DNA of 64,000 nucleotides, from the IMG/VR virus record IMGVR_UViG_3300044616_001452, one strand, 5' to 3'. This document shows, piece after piece, positions 1 through 11,100 of the stretch. This DNA is from a virus. The notes under the pieces are model-generated. The model was not told where the DNA came from. It did not search any database and worked only from the letters and a program-made list of their open reading frames with translations. Within the stretch, counting starts at the first letter, position 1. Each line of letters begins with the position of its first letter. The translations under genes and the position numbers were made by a program.

Positions 1-948
1 GCAACAACTAATGTTTTAGAAACTGGTGGAGGGGTTGTAACAAACGTTCAACGGGCAGCAGGTACGGAAACAGATCCATTGGAAAGAAGTCGAGCCACAG
101 CAATAGCGGCGGCTGGAGGTATACAAAAAATTGGAGGTTCTGTTGCAAATCTGGCCAAAACAGCCATTGCAGGAAACGGATCAAAAAGATATATCACAAG
201 CATTTTCCTATATGTTCCAGACACATTAAATGTTAACTATAATTCAACTTATGACGATATCAGTATCACTGATTCATTAGGTAAAGCCTATTTTATTGCG
301 CAGGCTGGTGCATCTTTGACAGACTTTGCTTTAGAAGGTTTGCGAGGAGGTTCGGCTTCAAACCTTGGAAATAAAATTTTAACCGATCCTGCATTAAGAT
401 ATATGGGATTGAATGCATTAGGAAATAAAGTCGGAATGTCAAATTTAGGTGATTTGGCATTACAAGGGGTGAATAAAGCTATAAACCCTCAACTTCAGGT
501 AATGTTTAGAGGTGTTGGATTTAGAACATTTCAGTTCGATTTTCTTTTAACACCGTATAACAAAAAAGAAGCAGACGATATTAAAAAAATAATACATCTT
601 TTTAAGTTTCATTCTGCACCTAGAATCTCAAAGGGGAACCAATATACAGGTCCCGAAAATGAAGCTGGTTATGGTATTGAAGGGCTTAATGGGGGATTCA
701 TACCAAACTCTCTAGGATCACCTTTTTTTGAAGTTCCTGAAACTTTTGAAATTGACTTTATGTACAAGGGAGCAAGAAATCCTAATGTAAATAGAATAGC
801 CGAGTCTGTTCTAACTTCAGTGAACGTTGATTATGCACCAACAGGTTGGGCAACACATAATGAAGGTGCACCGGTTCAAACTAGACTAACATTGCAGTTT
901 CAAGAAATACAAATCATCGATAAATCAAAAATTGTTGAAGGTTACTAA
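1..948 (+). CDS. gp48: Baseplate tail-tube cap protein (T4 gp48-like), 5'-truncated by window edge
   Basis: Frame is open from base 1. It carries the motifs LYVPDTLNVNY, INPQLQVMFRGVGFRTFQFDF, VLTSVNVDYAP and LTLQFQE typical of gp48, and lies directly upstream of gp53. Confidence 0.8.
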   Translation, partial: ATTNVLETGGGVVTNVQRAAGTETDPLERSRATAIAAAGGIQKIGGSVANLAKTAIAGNGSKRYITSIFLYVPDTLNVNYNSTYDDISITDSLGKAYFIAQAGASLTDFALEGLRGGSASNLGNKILTDPALRYMGLNALGNKVGMSNLGDLALQGVNKAINPQLQVMFRGVGFRTFQFDFLLTPYNKKEADDIKKIIHLFKFHSAPRISKGNQYTGPENEAGYGIEGLNGGFIPNSLGSPFFEVPETFEIDFMYKGARNPNVNRIAESVLTSVNVDYAPTGWATHNEGAPVQTRLTLQFQEIQIIDKSKIVEGY

Positions 949-1577
949 TGTTTTACTTCAATACACTACCAAAAATAATAACGCCAGACGAAAATGGTAA
1001 TTCAATATTACTTACAAATTTGGTAACGAGAGCCAGATTAATTGAACAATTACAAAATAATCCAATGCTCTTTTATGAATATGCAATTCAAGACGGTGAT
1101 ACTCCTGAAATAATTGCAGAAAAATATTATGGCGACCCGTTTCGTTATTGGATTATTTTGCTTTCAAATGAAATTTTTGACCCATTATGGGACTGGCCTC
1201 TGTCAGATCAAATGTTTTTACAGTACATTGATACGAAATATGCAACAGAAGCGGAAGACGCAGGGCAAACTCCTTTTGAATATACAAATACAACAATTTA
1301 CAAATATGAAAAAATAATCACTACAACAAACTCAGTATCAGGTGATGAAAATGTAGTAAAAGTATCTATCACACAAACACAGTACAATGCTCTTTCACCA
1401 TCTTCAACAACATTCAGTCTTCCCGATGGCACTTGTACAATAGATATCACAAAAGAACAAATTACTATTTTTGATTATGAATCCGATTTAAATCAGAGCA
1501 GAAGACAAATAAAAATACTAAACAATTCATATGTCGATGAAATGGAAAGAGTATTTAAAGATGTTATGGGGTCTTAA
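948..1577 (+). CDS. gp53: Baseplate wedge subunit with LysM-like motif (T4 gp53)
   Basis: MFYFNTLP start; YAIQDGDTPEIIAEKYYGDP..YWIILLSN..DWPL; C-terminal R.IKIL motif. Confidence 0.9.
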   Translation: MFYFNTLPKIITPDENGNSILLTNLVTRARLIEQLQNNPMLFYEYAIQDGDTPEIIAEKYYGDPFRYWIILLSNEIFDPLWDWPLSDQMFLQYIDTKYATEAEDAGQTPFEYTNTTIYKYEKIITTTNSVSGDENVVKVSITQTQYNALSPSSTTFSLPDGTCTIDITKEQITIFDYESDLNQSRRQIKILNNSYVDEMERVFKDVMGS

Positions 1578-1581
1578 TTAG

Positions 1582-2964
1582 ATGGCAAGTAATCAGATTG
1601 CAGAAAATCCTACTCCACAGTCAGTTGGCACTGGTGTTTTAAATCCAGACCAATTTATTCTGGAAGAATTACTTCTGTATACTGCAAATGATGTAACAGA
1701 TATTAAAAATATGATGGTAGAATTATCATATTATGAAGACATTGTAAATGGCTTTTGTAGTGGCAGTGTTCTTATTAAAGATGCCATTAAAATGATACCA
1801 AACTTAGGCATGTCAGGGTTTGAATACATCAAAGTAAATTTTAGAAAAACACAAAGAAATTCAAATAAATTTGTTTCTGTTAACAAATATTTTAGAATAT
1901 ACAGAGTGAGTGAAAGAGGCATTGTTAATTATGACACAGAATTATACACACTAAATTTTTGTACAGAAGAATTTTTCTTATCACAACAACTAAAAGTAAG
2001 TAAATCCTATCCCGGTAAAAAAATCAGTGATATCGTCACAGATATTCTTTTCAATGAACTACAAATAAAATCCGAATACATCAGAGTGCAGGAAACAAAT
2101 GGGCTTTATGATTTTGTAATACCCTATAAAAATCCATATGAAACAATTAAATGGTTGTCAAATTATGCTAGACCCATTGGAAAAGAAGGCGCCGATTTTC
2201 TCTTTTATGAAAATGCTGACGGAGTAAATTTCTTCTCTCTGCAAACAATTTTTAAACAGCAATCGTATAATAAATTTTCATACATTCCAAGAAATATAGG
2301 CACAGATTATCCTGAAATACAAAGAAATATAACAGGTATAAAATCGTATGTATTTTTAGATACCTTTGATTCTTTATACGGTGTAACGAAAGGTGTTTTT
2401 GCAAATAAATTAATTTCTGTTGATCCTCTGACAGGAACTTGGAGACAAACAGATTTCAATTTGAATGATTATTTAAAAAAGTCTCAAAACTTAAACAATT
2501 ACTCAATTGCACCACAAATAAAAAATAGAAAACGAAAACCTGTATATGAAGAATATTCATCCGTTTTGAAAATTGCTACTGGTAACTCAAGACAAAAATT
2601 TGCACAAGGTATAAATCCTTCTTCAGTTGCTAACGACATATACATTGAAGAATATTTACCAAAAAGAACAGCACAATTACCGCTTTCACATTATTCTAGA
2701 ATTAAATTATCACTTGCTGGTGATCCTAATATAACTGTTGGAATGATTATCGAAGTTTTTTTACCATCAACTGAAAGAGATGGTTTAACAAAAGGTGTGC
2801 TTGATGAATACAATTCTGGAAAATATATGGTTTCGGCTGTGCGTCACATTTTAGATAGCAATCAAAAATATGAAACTGTGGTTGAAGTTGTAAAAGACAC
2901 ATACAACAAAACAGTTAATAATTACAGAACATATAAACAATTAGAAGATGCTATCAGAGGCTAA
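1582..2964 (+). CDS. Baseplate hub protein (gp27/late-control-D-like)
   Basis: Lies between gp53 and gp5. ELSYYEDI, FLFYENADGVNFFSL, GDPNITVG and SGKYMVSAVRH are hub-like motifs. Confidence 0.65.
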   Translation: MASNQIAENPTPQSVGTGVLNPDQFILEELLLYTANDVTDIKNMMVELSYYEDIVNGFCSGSVLIKDAIKMIPNLGMSGFEYIKVNFRKTQRNSNKFVSVNKYFRIYRVSERGIVNYDTELYTLNFCTEEFFLSQQLKVSKSYPGKKISDIVTDILFNELQIKSEYIRVQETNGLYDFVIPYKNPYETIKWLSNYARPIGKEGADFLFYENADGVNFFSLQTIFKQQSYNKFSYIPRNIGTDYPEIQRNITGIKSYVFLDTFDSLYGVTKGVFANKLISVDPLTGTWRQTDFNLNDYLKKSQNLNNYSIAPQIKNRKRKPVYEEYSSVLKIATGNSRQKFAQGINPSSVANDIYIEEYLPKRTAQLPLSHYSRIKLSLAGDPNITVGMIIEVFLPSTERDGLTKGVLDEYNSGKYMVSAVRHILDSNQKYETVVEVVKDTYNKTVNNYRTYKQLEDAIRG

Positions 2965-2967
2965 AAT

Positions 2968-4005
2968 ATGAATACGGAAAATTTTGAAAATGTAATCGGG
3001 CATGATAATTTTGTTTGGTGGATCGGTGTAATTGAAGATCGATTTGATGACCAATTGACTGGTGGCATGAGATATAGGGTGAGGATTTTTAATGCACATA
3101 CTCCTGATCTGAATAAGATACCAACTAAAGATTTACCTTGGGCAATACCACTTTGTTCACCAAATGGTTCTTTCAGTACCTCCGCTGCAAGAGAGGGTGA
3201 TTGGGCATTTGGATTTTATACTGACGGAATGTCAAAACAAGCTCCAGTTGTGATTGGAATATTTCCTAGAATTGTACAACCACAAAACACATCAAATGGT
3301 GGCGCTTTTACAGACCAAGCAAAATTATATAACTCTAACATAACAGAAGATCAAGTAAAGAATACAACACCTGTAAGCCCAAGTTTTGCTCCTGCTACAA
3401 ATCCCAGAAGAATTGGTTTTTCAACGATACCAGCATTAAGTTATACATATACTGGCACAATGGTAGAATATTCCGATAATACTAGAGCACATGTATGTGA
3501 TATAACGAATGAAATTAGACTTAGCGCAGCTATTGAGTTTATTAAAAATTTGGAGATATTCACAACAATTAGAACTGCTCTAGAGGGTGCATCTAATGCG
3601 GCCGCTTCAAGCCCAATAGCAACTCAAATATTGTCTGCAATAAAATGTTTAAGACAATATTTAAAAACAGTCAGAGAGATTATTAAAATTGTTAACGTAG
3701 TTATAAATGAAATAATAGTTGTGTTGAGAATTATAAGAGCAATGATAGCATGGATTTTAAGTTTACCTGCAAGATTAATAGCTTTATTGCAAGCATGTTT
3801 GGCTGAATTGTATGCAGCAGTAGCATCCGCTGTCGGTTCAGCAGTTGGTGACACATCACAAACAGAAGTTGCTCAACAAGTTATTGGGCTTTATCAAGAT
3901 ACAGTTGCAACAGTAGGTGATGCTGTAAATGTTATAGCAGCATCAGAAACAACAATAAATGAAACGAAATCATTAGTAGATCCCAAATCATACGGAAGAC
4001 CTTAA
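2968..4005 (+). CDS. gp5: gp5 N-terminal part (OB-fold) plus amphipathic helical region; no lysozyme domain evident
   Basis: FVWWIGVIEDR..RYRVRIFNAH..DLPWA..EGDWAFGFYTDG..QAPVVIG is the gp5 OB domain. Confidence 0.8.
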   Translation: MNTENFENVIGHDNFVWWIGVIEDRFDDQLTGGMRYRVRIFNAHTPDLNKIPTKDLPWAIPLCSPNGSFSTSAAREGDWAFGFYTDGMSKQAPVVIGIFPRIVQPQNTSNGGAFTDQAKLYNSNITEDQVKNTTPVSPSFAPATNPRRIGFSTIPALSYTYTGTMVEYSDNTRAHVCDITNEIRLSAAIEFIKNLEIFTTIRTALEGASNAAASSPIATQILSAIKCLRQYLKTVREIIKIVNVVINEIIVVLRIIRAMIAWILSLPARLIALLQACLAELYAAVASAVGSAVGDTSQTEVAQQVIGLYQDTVATVGDAVNVIAASETTINETKSLVDPKSYGRP

Positions 4006-4007
4006 TT

Positions 4008-4778
4008 ATGACATCCATTAGAAAACAAGAAGAAGATTATTTAAAAACAAATCCAAAACCAGAGCCAGATTTTTCTTGGACAGAACCAGCTTCAGATTGG
4101 GACTCAAAACCACCTCTAAACAAAGTTATCGGTTCCGAATCTGGGCATTCAATAGAATTAGATGATACTCCCGGTGCAGAAAGAGTTCGAATTCAACATC
4201 GAACTGGTTCATTTACAGAAATACAATCAAATGGGCAAGAAATACACAAAATAGTTGGTGATAGTTATGAAATAATTGCTGGAGACAATAATGTTCTGAT
4301 TAAAGGAGTTTGCAATATTACCGTAGAGGGAACTTCTATTTTACATGTCAAAGGTGATGCGTATGCTCAAGTAGATGGCAAATCTTGGATAAAAAACAAA
4401 GGTGACGTTGAAGTTAGCGCAGAAAAAAATGTAGATGTTCGATGTGGAGGTGATATTAATTTATTTGCAGGAGCCATTGATGGTGGAGTTAATATATACT
4501 CTCCTGTTGCAGTAAATATTAATAGTGATTTAAATGTTGCTGGCACTATAACTGCAAAACAATCGATTTCTTCGGTGCAAAATGTCACAGCAGGAATGAA
4601 ATTATTTTCAAATCTTGGAGTTGAAACATTGGGACCAATAACCTCTGCGATCAGTGTTTGGTCACCACTTACTTCTGGGCTTATAGTTACAGATGTGAGA
4701 GGATCAATGGAATTGATAAGAATGATGTACAATATGCATGTACATCCAAGAACTGGAACACCTATACCATTAATGTGA
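4008..4778 (+). CDS. gp5 C-terminal part: beta-helical cell-puncturing spike
   Basis: SESGHSIELDDTPGAERVRIQHRTGSFTEI; V.G repeats; terminal HxH motif (MHVHP). Confidence 0.8.
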   Translation: MTSIRKQEEDYLKTNPKPEPDFSWTEPASDWDSKPPLNKVIGSESGHSIELDDTPGAERVRIQHRTGSFTEIQSNGQEIHKIVGDSYEIIAGDNNVLIKGVCNITVEGTSILHVKGDAYAQVDGKSWIKNKGDVEVSAEKNVDVRCGGDINLFAGAIDGGVNIYSPVAVNINSDLNVAGTITAKQSISSVQNVTAGMKLFSNLGVETLGPITSAISVWSPLTSGLIVTDVRGSMELIRMMYNMHVHPRTGTPIPLM

Positions 4779-4785
4779 GGCAAAA

Positions 4786-5610
4786 ATGTCTGGAATATTT
4801 GCAAAACTCGGCTTTAATTTTGACACCAATAGATTCGGTGACGGGCAATATTTAAGCCCGCCAGCAAAAGCATATTTAAATGCAGCACCAATACAACTAA
4901 GCTCATGGCAACAATCAGACATTGCAAATGGTAATGTTCAAACAACTAATTATTTCAAAAATCCTTTGGCAAATGATTTAATTATTTTAACAAATACTAC
5001 GAATTCTATAGTAAATTTTGCAAACACAAAACCATTTGATTTTTCTAATGGTAGTAATTCAACTCTGAAATATTCGTCGAGTGTGTTGGAAACTGAACTA
5101 AAAGCGTTTAAAAGTCATACAGACAACGTTTCGGGTGTAACACTTTTAACATCAAATACTGATACGATTCCAAGTTTCGATAATGCATCATCAATTGGTA
5201 ATTTTTTACTTAGAATTGTCAGCGCAACTGATAATATTCAAAATACCACACCCCTTCTAGGAAGTATGACAAGTTTATTTGTTGGTCCTGAAATAAATGC
5301 AAATGTTATTGTGGTTAACAGTGCCAATACGCTTCTAAATAATTCGGTAGCACCAAATGGAAATTGCTATCTGAGTGAGACACAAATTTTAACTATTAGC
5401 AACTCAATTAATGTTTTGAGCACATTTATAGCATATAGGAGAGTGTCCGATTGGAATTTCTTTGCTAATGCTACAAATATTGTGTTGGATACGATGAAAG
5501 TCAGTTCATTTAATAATCTTGGAAACACTCAATTGTATCTAATTAATAATGTAGTAGGTACGGACACATTAAAGAACAACCTTGCAAACACATCAAATAC
5601 AACAATTTAA
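4786..5610 (+). CDS. Hypothetical protein, probably virion-associated
   Basis: 274-aa N/S/T-rich ORF with a GAGG RBS, inside the baseplate operon. Confidence 0.55.
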   Translation: MSGIFAKLGFNFDTNRFGDGQYLSPPAKAYLNAAPIQLSSWQQSDIANGNVQTTNYFKNPLANDLIILTNTTNSIVNFANTKPFDFSNGSNSTLKYSSSVLETELKAFKSHTDNVSGVTLLTSNTDTIPSFDNASSIGNFLLRIVSATDNIQNTTPLLGSMTSLFVGPEINANVIVVNSANTLLNNSVAPNGNCYLSETQILTISNSINVLSTFIAYRRVSDWNFFANATNIVLDTMKVSSFNNLGNTQLYLINNVVGTDTLKNNLANTSNTTI

Positions 5611-5689
5611 GGAATTTCGAAAATCCTCGTTCCGGCCCAAAAATTTTTTGCGCTGGTCTGCGAGTTCCGAAAAGTCATTTTACTCCTAC

Positions 5690-5697
5690 GATAAATA
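5690..5697 (+). promoter_or_regulatory. T4-type late promoter variant (GATAAATA) upstream of gp25
   Basis: 7/8 match to TATAAATA, 6 nt before the ATG; the gp55 late sigma is encoded in the window. Confidence 0.6.
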
Positions 5698-5703
5698 ATA
5701 AAA

Positions 5704-6099
5704 ATGGCACAGACACTTAAAAGAAGATACTCGGACATAGACTTCGCGTTCAGAAGAACGCCTGGTAAGAATGATATTGCTTTGAGTTATGATGAAATGG
5801 CTGTCATTAGGGCTGTCAGGTACCTCCTGTTAACGAAAAAATATGAGAGACCCTTTCAGTCAAATATTGGTTCTAGACTTGAGCAAATGCTTTTTGAACC
5901 TATTTCTTTCACTACTGCATCGACAATAAAAACGGAGATAGAGACTACGATTAGAACATATGAACCTAGGGTTACTCTAGCTCAGGTCACCGTGGTTGAA
6001 AACATTGATAATAACGCATATAGTGTCAGTTTGCTTTTTTACATAGGTAATAATGTAGAACCGACTCAGATAAATTTAATTCTTGAGAGGACAAGATAA
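5704..6099 (+). CDS. gp25: Baseplate wedge subunit gp25
   Basis: YSDIDFAF, ERPFQSNIGS..LFEP, YEPRV motifs. Confidence 0.92.
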   Translation: MAQTLKRRYSDIDFAFRRTPGKNDIALSYDEMAVIRAVRYLLLTKKYERPFQSNIGSRLEQMLFEPISFTTASTIKTEIETTIRTYEPRVTLAQVTVVENIDNNAYSVSLLFYIGNNVEPTQINLILERTR

Positions 6100-8177
6100 T
6101 GGCATCTGCCAACTCAGGTTTACAAATAACCAATCTAGATTTTGGTGCAATCAAAACAAGTTTAAAATCTTTTTTAAAGCAACAGAACACTCTTCAAGAT
6201 TACGATTTTGACTCATCTGCGCTTTCAATTCTAATAGATTTACTTGCATATAATACACAATACAATGCATATTATTTGAATATGGTTGCAAATGAGATGT
6301 TTTTAGACTCAGCGGTTCAAAGAAATTCAGTAGTTTCTTTGGCAAAATTGTTGAACTACACTCCAACTTCTGCTGTCGCACCAAAAGCCGTAGTAAAATT
6401 AACTGTTAATGAAGTAAATACAGGCTCGTTAACTTTACCAAAATTTACAACATTTATATCAGATTCAGTCGATGGTGTAAACTATAATTTTCTAACAAAA
6501 GACGCCATGACGGTGAATGTTGTATCAAATAAAGCTGAATATGATGATTTGGAAATCTATCAAGGTGTTTCGGCTTCTTATAGTTATACCTATGATGCAT
6601 CTTCAAACCCTCAACAAATATTTGAAATACCAGATACAAATATAGACACAAGCACATTGACTGTATCTGTGCAAGTTTCAACATCAAATGTATATTCAAC
6701 AACATATAATTTAGCAACAGACTATTTTAAATTAACACCAACGAGTGAAGTTTTCTTCTTGCAAGAAGGTATGAATGGCAACTATCAAATATACTTTGGT
6801 GATAATGTACTAGGTAAAAAATTAAACAATAATAATATCGTAAATATTACTTACATAACAACTGATGGAACATCATCAGTAGGTGCAAATAATTTTACAG
6901 TTACAATGAGTATAGGTGGATTTTCAAATACTGTTGTCACACCTATAACAGCGGCGTACAACGGGGCAGAAAGAGAAACGATAGAATCAATTAAATATTC
7001 TGCACCAAAAGCATATGCTGCACAAGGTAGAGCAGTTACAAAAGAAGATTACATTTATTTAATTCAAAACAATACAAATTCAATACCTATTGATTCCGTT
7101 TCAGTATGGGGTGGGGAAGAAAATGATCCTCCGGTCTATGGGCAATTATTTTGCGCAATAAAACCTTCAGGTGCATACTCATTAACACCTACTCAAAAAG
7201 AAAGATTGATTGAAGAAGTAATTAAACCAATCAGTGTTCTTACCGTAACACCAGTCATCGTTGACCCCGATTATAATTACCTTCTCTTAACTACAAAAAT
7301 ACTCTACGATCCAAGAAAAACAACTATAACATCTGGGCAATTAAAGAATCAAGTAATCACGGCAATTTATAATTTTGGTGAAAATACTTTAAATACTTTT
7401 AATTCTACATTTAAATTACCAGAATTGACTACAGCAATACAAACTGTAAATCCTTCCATCATTACAAATGAAACAACAGTTAGAGTACAAAAGAAAATTT
7501 ATCCTTCACTGACAAGTTCTACCACATATTTTTTAAATTTTGGTTTTAAATTAAAAAGAAATTATTTTAACGCAGGTATAACATCTTACCCTGGAATAAC
7601 CGTTCGTGATACAACTTCAAACTCTTTAACAAGATCAAATGTTTTCTTTGAAGAAGTTCCAACACTGACGGGAGGTGTTGCATCTGTAAGCATTGTTAAT
7701 CAAGGATTTGGCTACACAAAAACACCCTCTGTAACTATAACAGGTGATGGTAAAGGTGCAACAGCATATGCAGTATTAGCTGGAACTAGAGTGGTAAATA
7801 TTGTAATAACCAATCCCGGTGGTGGTTATACAGAAGCCATAGTAAAAATTACTCCGGCTGATGGTGATACAATTGGTAGTTTTGCTTCGGCTATTGCAGA
7901 ATTAGAAGGTAAACTAGGAACATTGCGAACATATTATTATGATACAAATAATTTGAAAGTTATATTAAATCCTAGCGCAGGCACCGTAGACTACGATACG
8001 GGATTGGTCGTACTTAACAACTTTTCTCCTGTAGAAATAGATGATCCTCTTGGGCAGTTCACACTATCTGTAGTTCCAGACTCCACAATCATATCCTCTA
8101 CATACAATAAAATAGTTGCATTAGATGAATTTGATACTGGATCAGTTTCAGTAACAGTTAACTCTACGACACAATAA
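6099..8177 (+). CDS. gp6: Baseplate wedge subunit gp6
   Basis: LDFGAIKTSLK..DYDFDSSALSILIDLLAYNT..NEMFLDSA; QGRAVTKEDY; VWGGEENDPPVYG. Confidence 0.93.
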   Translation: MASANSGLQITNLDFGAIKTSLKSFLKQQNTLQDYDFDSSALSILIDLLAYNTQYNAYYLNMVANEMFLDSAVQRNSVVSLAKLLNYTPTSAVAPKAVVKLTVNEVNTGSLTLPKFTTFISDSVDGVNYNFLTKDAMTVNVVSNKAEYDDLEIYQGVSASYSYTYDASSNPQQIFEIPDTNIDTSTLTVSVQVSTSNVYSTTYNLATDYFKLTPTSEVFFLQEGMNGNYQIYFGDNVLGKKLNNNNIVNITYITTDGTSSVGANNFTVTMSIGGFSNTVVTPITAAYNGAERETIESIKYSAPKAYAAQGRAVTKEDYIYLIQNNTNSIPIDSVSVWGGEENDPPVYGQLFCAIKPSGAYSLTPTQKERLIEEVIKPISVLTVTPVIVDPDYNYLLLTTKILYDPRKTTITSGQLKNQVITAIYNFGENTLNTFNSTFKLPELTTAIQTVNPSIITNETTVRVQKKIYPSLTSSTTYFLNFGFKLKRNYFNAGITSYPGITVRDTTSNSLTRSNVFFEEVPTLTGGVASVSIVNQGFGYTKTPSVTITGDGKGATAYAVLAGTRVVNIVITNPGGGYTEAIVKITPADGDTIGSFASAIAELEGKLGTLRTYYYDTNNLKVILNPSAGTVDYDTGLVVLNNFSPVEIDDPLGQFTLSVVPDSTIISSTYNKIVALDEFDTGSVSVTVNSTTQ

Positions 8178-11100
8178 TGACAACAGATTTTGCAAAAAGA
8201 ATATCGCTAAAGGTAGCCGAACAGCTACCTGAATTTATCAGAAGTGAAACGAATTATCAAACATTCGTTGCATTCATTCAAGCTTACTATGAATGGATGG
8301 AAGAATACAATATTGCAAGTGGTAAAGAAGGTGCGATTAGAGGTTCACAGAACTTATTAAACTATAGAAATATTGATTTTATAAATCCGGGAGAAACATA
8401 TAATAAATTTATTGACTACTATGTCAATGACTTTTTACCTAATTTTCCAAAAGATGCATTATCAGATAAAGCAAAACTGGTAAAAATAGCAAAAGAATTA
8501 TATAACAAAAAGGGTACGCCCGCATCATACGAATTTCTATTCAGAGCATTATATAATTCAGATTCAGAAATATTTTTGACAAGAGAAGCGGTTTTCAAAG
8601 CCTCAGATGGTAAATGGTACGTATCGAAAAGTTTACGTCTTGCAAGTAATGATGAGCAATGGTTATCAACGGATAATTTAAGAATCTTTGGTAATACATC
8701 GAAATCATTTGCAACAATTGAAAGAGGGCTATACGTTGGAAATAGAATAGAACTTTACATATCAAACATTCAAAGATTGTTTGAATCGGGAGAATTGGTA
8801 ACAGTGGTCGATCAAAACAATCTCCCACTTTATTTTAAAGACAGTAAAATAGTACCAGAGGGCACCTCAGGTTCAACTACACTAACAGCAAAAATATTAG
8901 GTTCTATTTCATCGGTTAATATTAATCCTCAAAAGCGAGGGCAACTTTATAAAACAGGGGATCCTGTAATTTTTTATGGTGGATTAAATTCTACTGATGG
9001 TGTGGGGGCAATTGCATATGTAAATGAAGTTACATCCGGTTCTATACGAGCAGTTGATGTGATTGATGGTGGCTATGGTTATAGGGAGGACCCTAACACA
9101 TACATAAGATTTATTGGTGGTGGAGGTTCAGGTGCAATAGCAAATGTTACTACTGTAGATCCTGCTGGGCTAATAAATGTTAATTTTATTCCTACAGATT
9201 GGTTAGGTAATTATATGCGTTCAACAAGAATAGGAGGTTCATCACTTGTTGAATTTATCATTCGTGATTATTCTGCTAATGCAACAATAATAACAGGTAA
9301 TGTTGTCAGTACAACAGGTCTATCAACGGGTGACACTCTTAATATTGTAGGATCAAATACAAACTTAAATTTGAATGGTACATATACTGTAACTGTAGCC
9401 AATTCAAATTATTTTTTCATAAACAATTTAAATTCAACACTCACTGGTGTTTGGTCCGGTTTAGCAAATACTGGGCTTGCTTACAAAGGAACTGTAACTA
9501 ACTATGCTTTCTTACCTGCAAATACTGTTGCAACATTATATGCCAATTTAGCAAGCTCACTTTCTTTTGTAACTCTAGAAACTTATCCAATCGATACGAT
9601 AGAAGTTAACAATGGTGGAGGAGGTTTTACTTCTCTACCAACAGTTGAAGCGTTTGCATTATATGATACACTTGATCCAGAACCAAATCAAAATTTAAAA
9701 GTAAAAGGATTATTAGGAAATCTGGGTATTTTAGGTCCAATAGAAATTATTAAACCAGGAATTGGTTATTCAAATGGAGATAAAATAGTATTTACCGGTG
9801 GAACGGGTGTTGGTGCAAATGCAAATGTCACAGTTAATGTTGGAGGTTCAATAACATCGGTAGAATATTCATATTCGAACACAAGTTCACAAACGATAAC
9901 ATATCCAAAAGGTGGATTGGGTTATAGAAAAAGTAATTTACCGACTCTTTCAGTTGTAAAATCAGACGGTACACCAGCAAGCGGTAGTGGAGCCGAATTG
10001 TCCATCTCTGGTATATTAGGTGATAGCGCAGTTCTAGAAGGGACACCTGATGAAAGAGGTATCGGTGCAATTACTTCCTTCTTCATTGAAAATTATGGTG
10101 AAGATTATATTTCAGCACCAAACGTATCGCTTCGTGTTCGTGATATCGTTGTAAAAAATGTTTCTATCAATGACTTGGTTAAAACAGATGAAATTGTTTA
10201 TCAAGGTTCATCTTTACAGTCATCCGTTTTCAGAGCAAACGTGGCATCAATTAATCTTCTTGAATCGGATGGTAATCCCTTAGATTCAAAATATATTTTG
10301 AGAGTGTATAATTATACATCAAATACCAAAACAGACTTACAATTGAAAGTGACGGATAGATTAGAAGGATTACCAAATTTATATTTGGATCTCGTCACCA
10401 GTTATGAGACATTTGATCCATCAGGTTCACACATTTTCAAAAATGGTATACGAACATATGGTAATGGTGCTGCAATAGCAACAGCTAGATTCTTGAACGG
10501 CCTGATTGTCGGGCAAGGGCAATATTTAAATGACGATGGCTTTCCAAGTTCATTCCAAGTTCTAGAAAATGAGGACTATAATAGTTTTTCATATCAATTA
10601 ATTGTAGAAAAATCGTTCAGCGCATACAAAGAAATACTGTACAGTCTACTACATCCATCAGGAACAAAAGTAATACCAATTAATTTACTTAAAGCTAACA
10701 GTAAAATAGACACATCAGAAGAAGTACATTATTCAAATACACATACATTATATTACTATACAGGAAATGCAGGGACAACTGGCAATTTTTATGCATCATT
10801 TGATAAACCAAGTAATAACATTATAAAATTTATCGGGCTTTCAGGTGCAAATTTAAGCAATATAATGCCAGTTGGAACCACAATTTCTTTAACCTCACAA
10901 AATGGACCAAATGTAATATCTGAAATATATTCTGTCAATGATGTAAGTGGTACGGCTGTTATTAAAGATAATGTGTTCTTATCTTTTGCAAATGTTGCTA
11001 CAGCAAACGTTACTGTATCCAATAATAGAATAAATATATTATCATTCACAAATCAATATGATTTAATTAACAATGGTGAATATAGTAACAATCAAAATAA

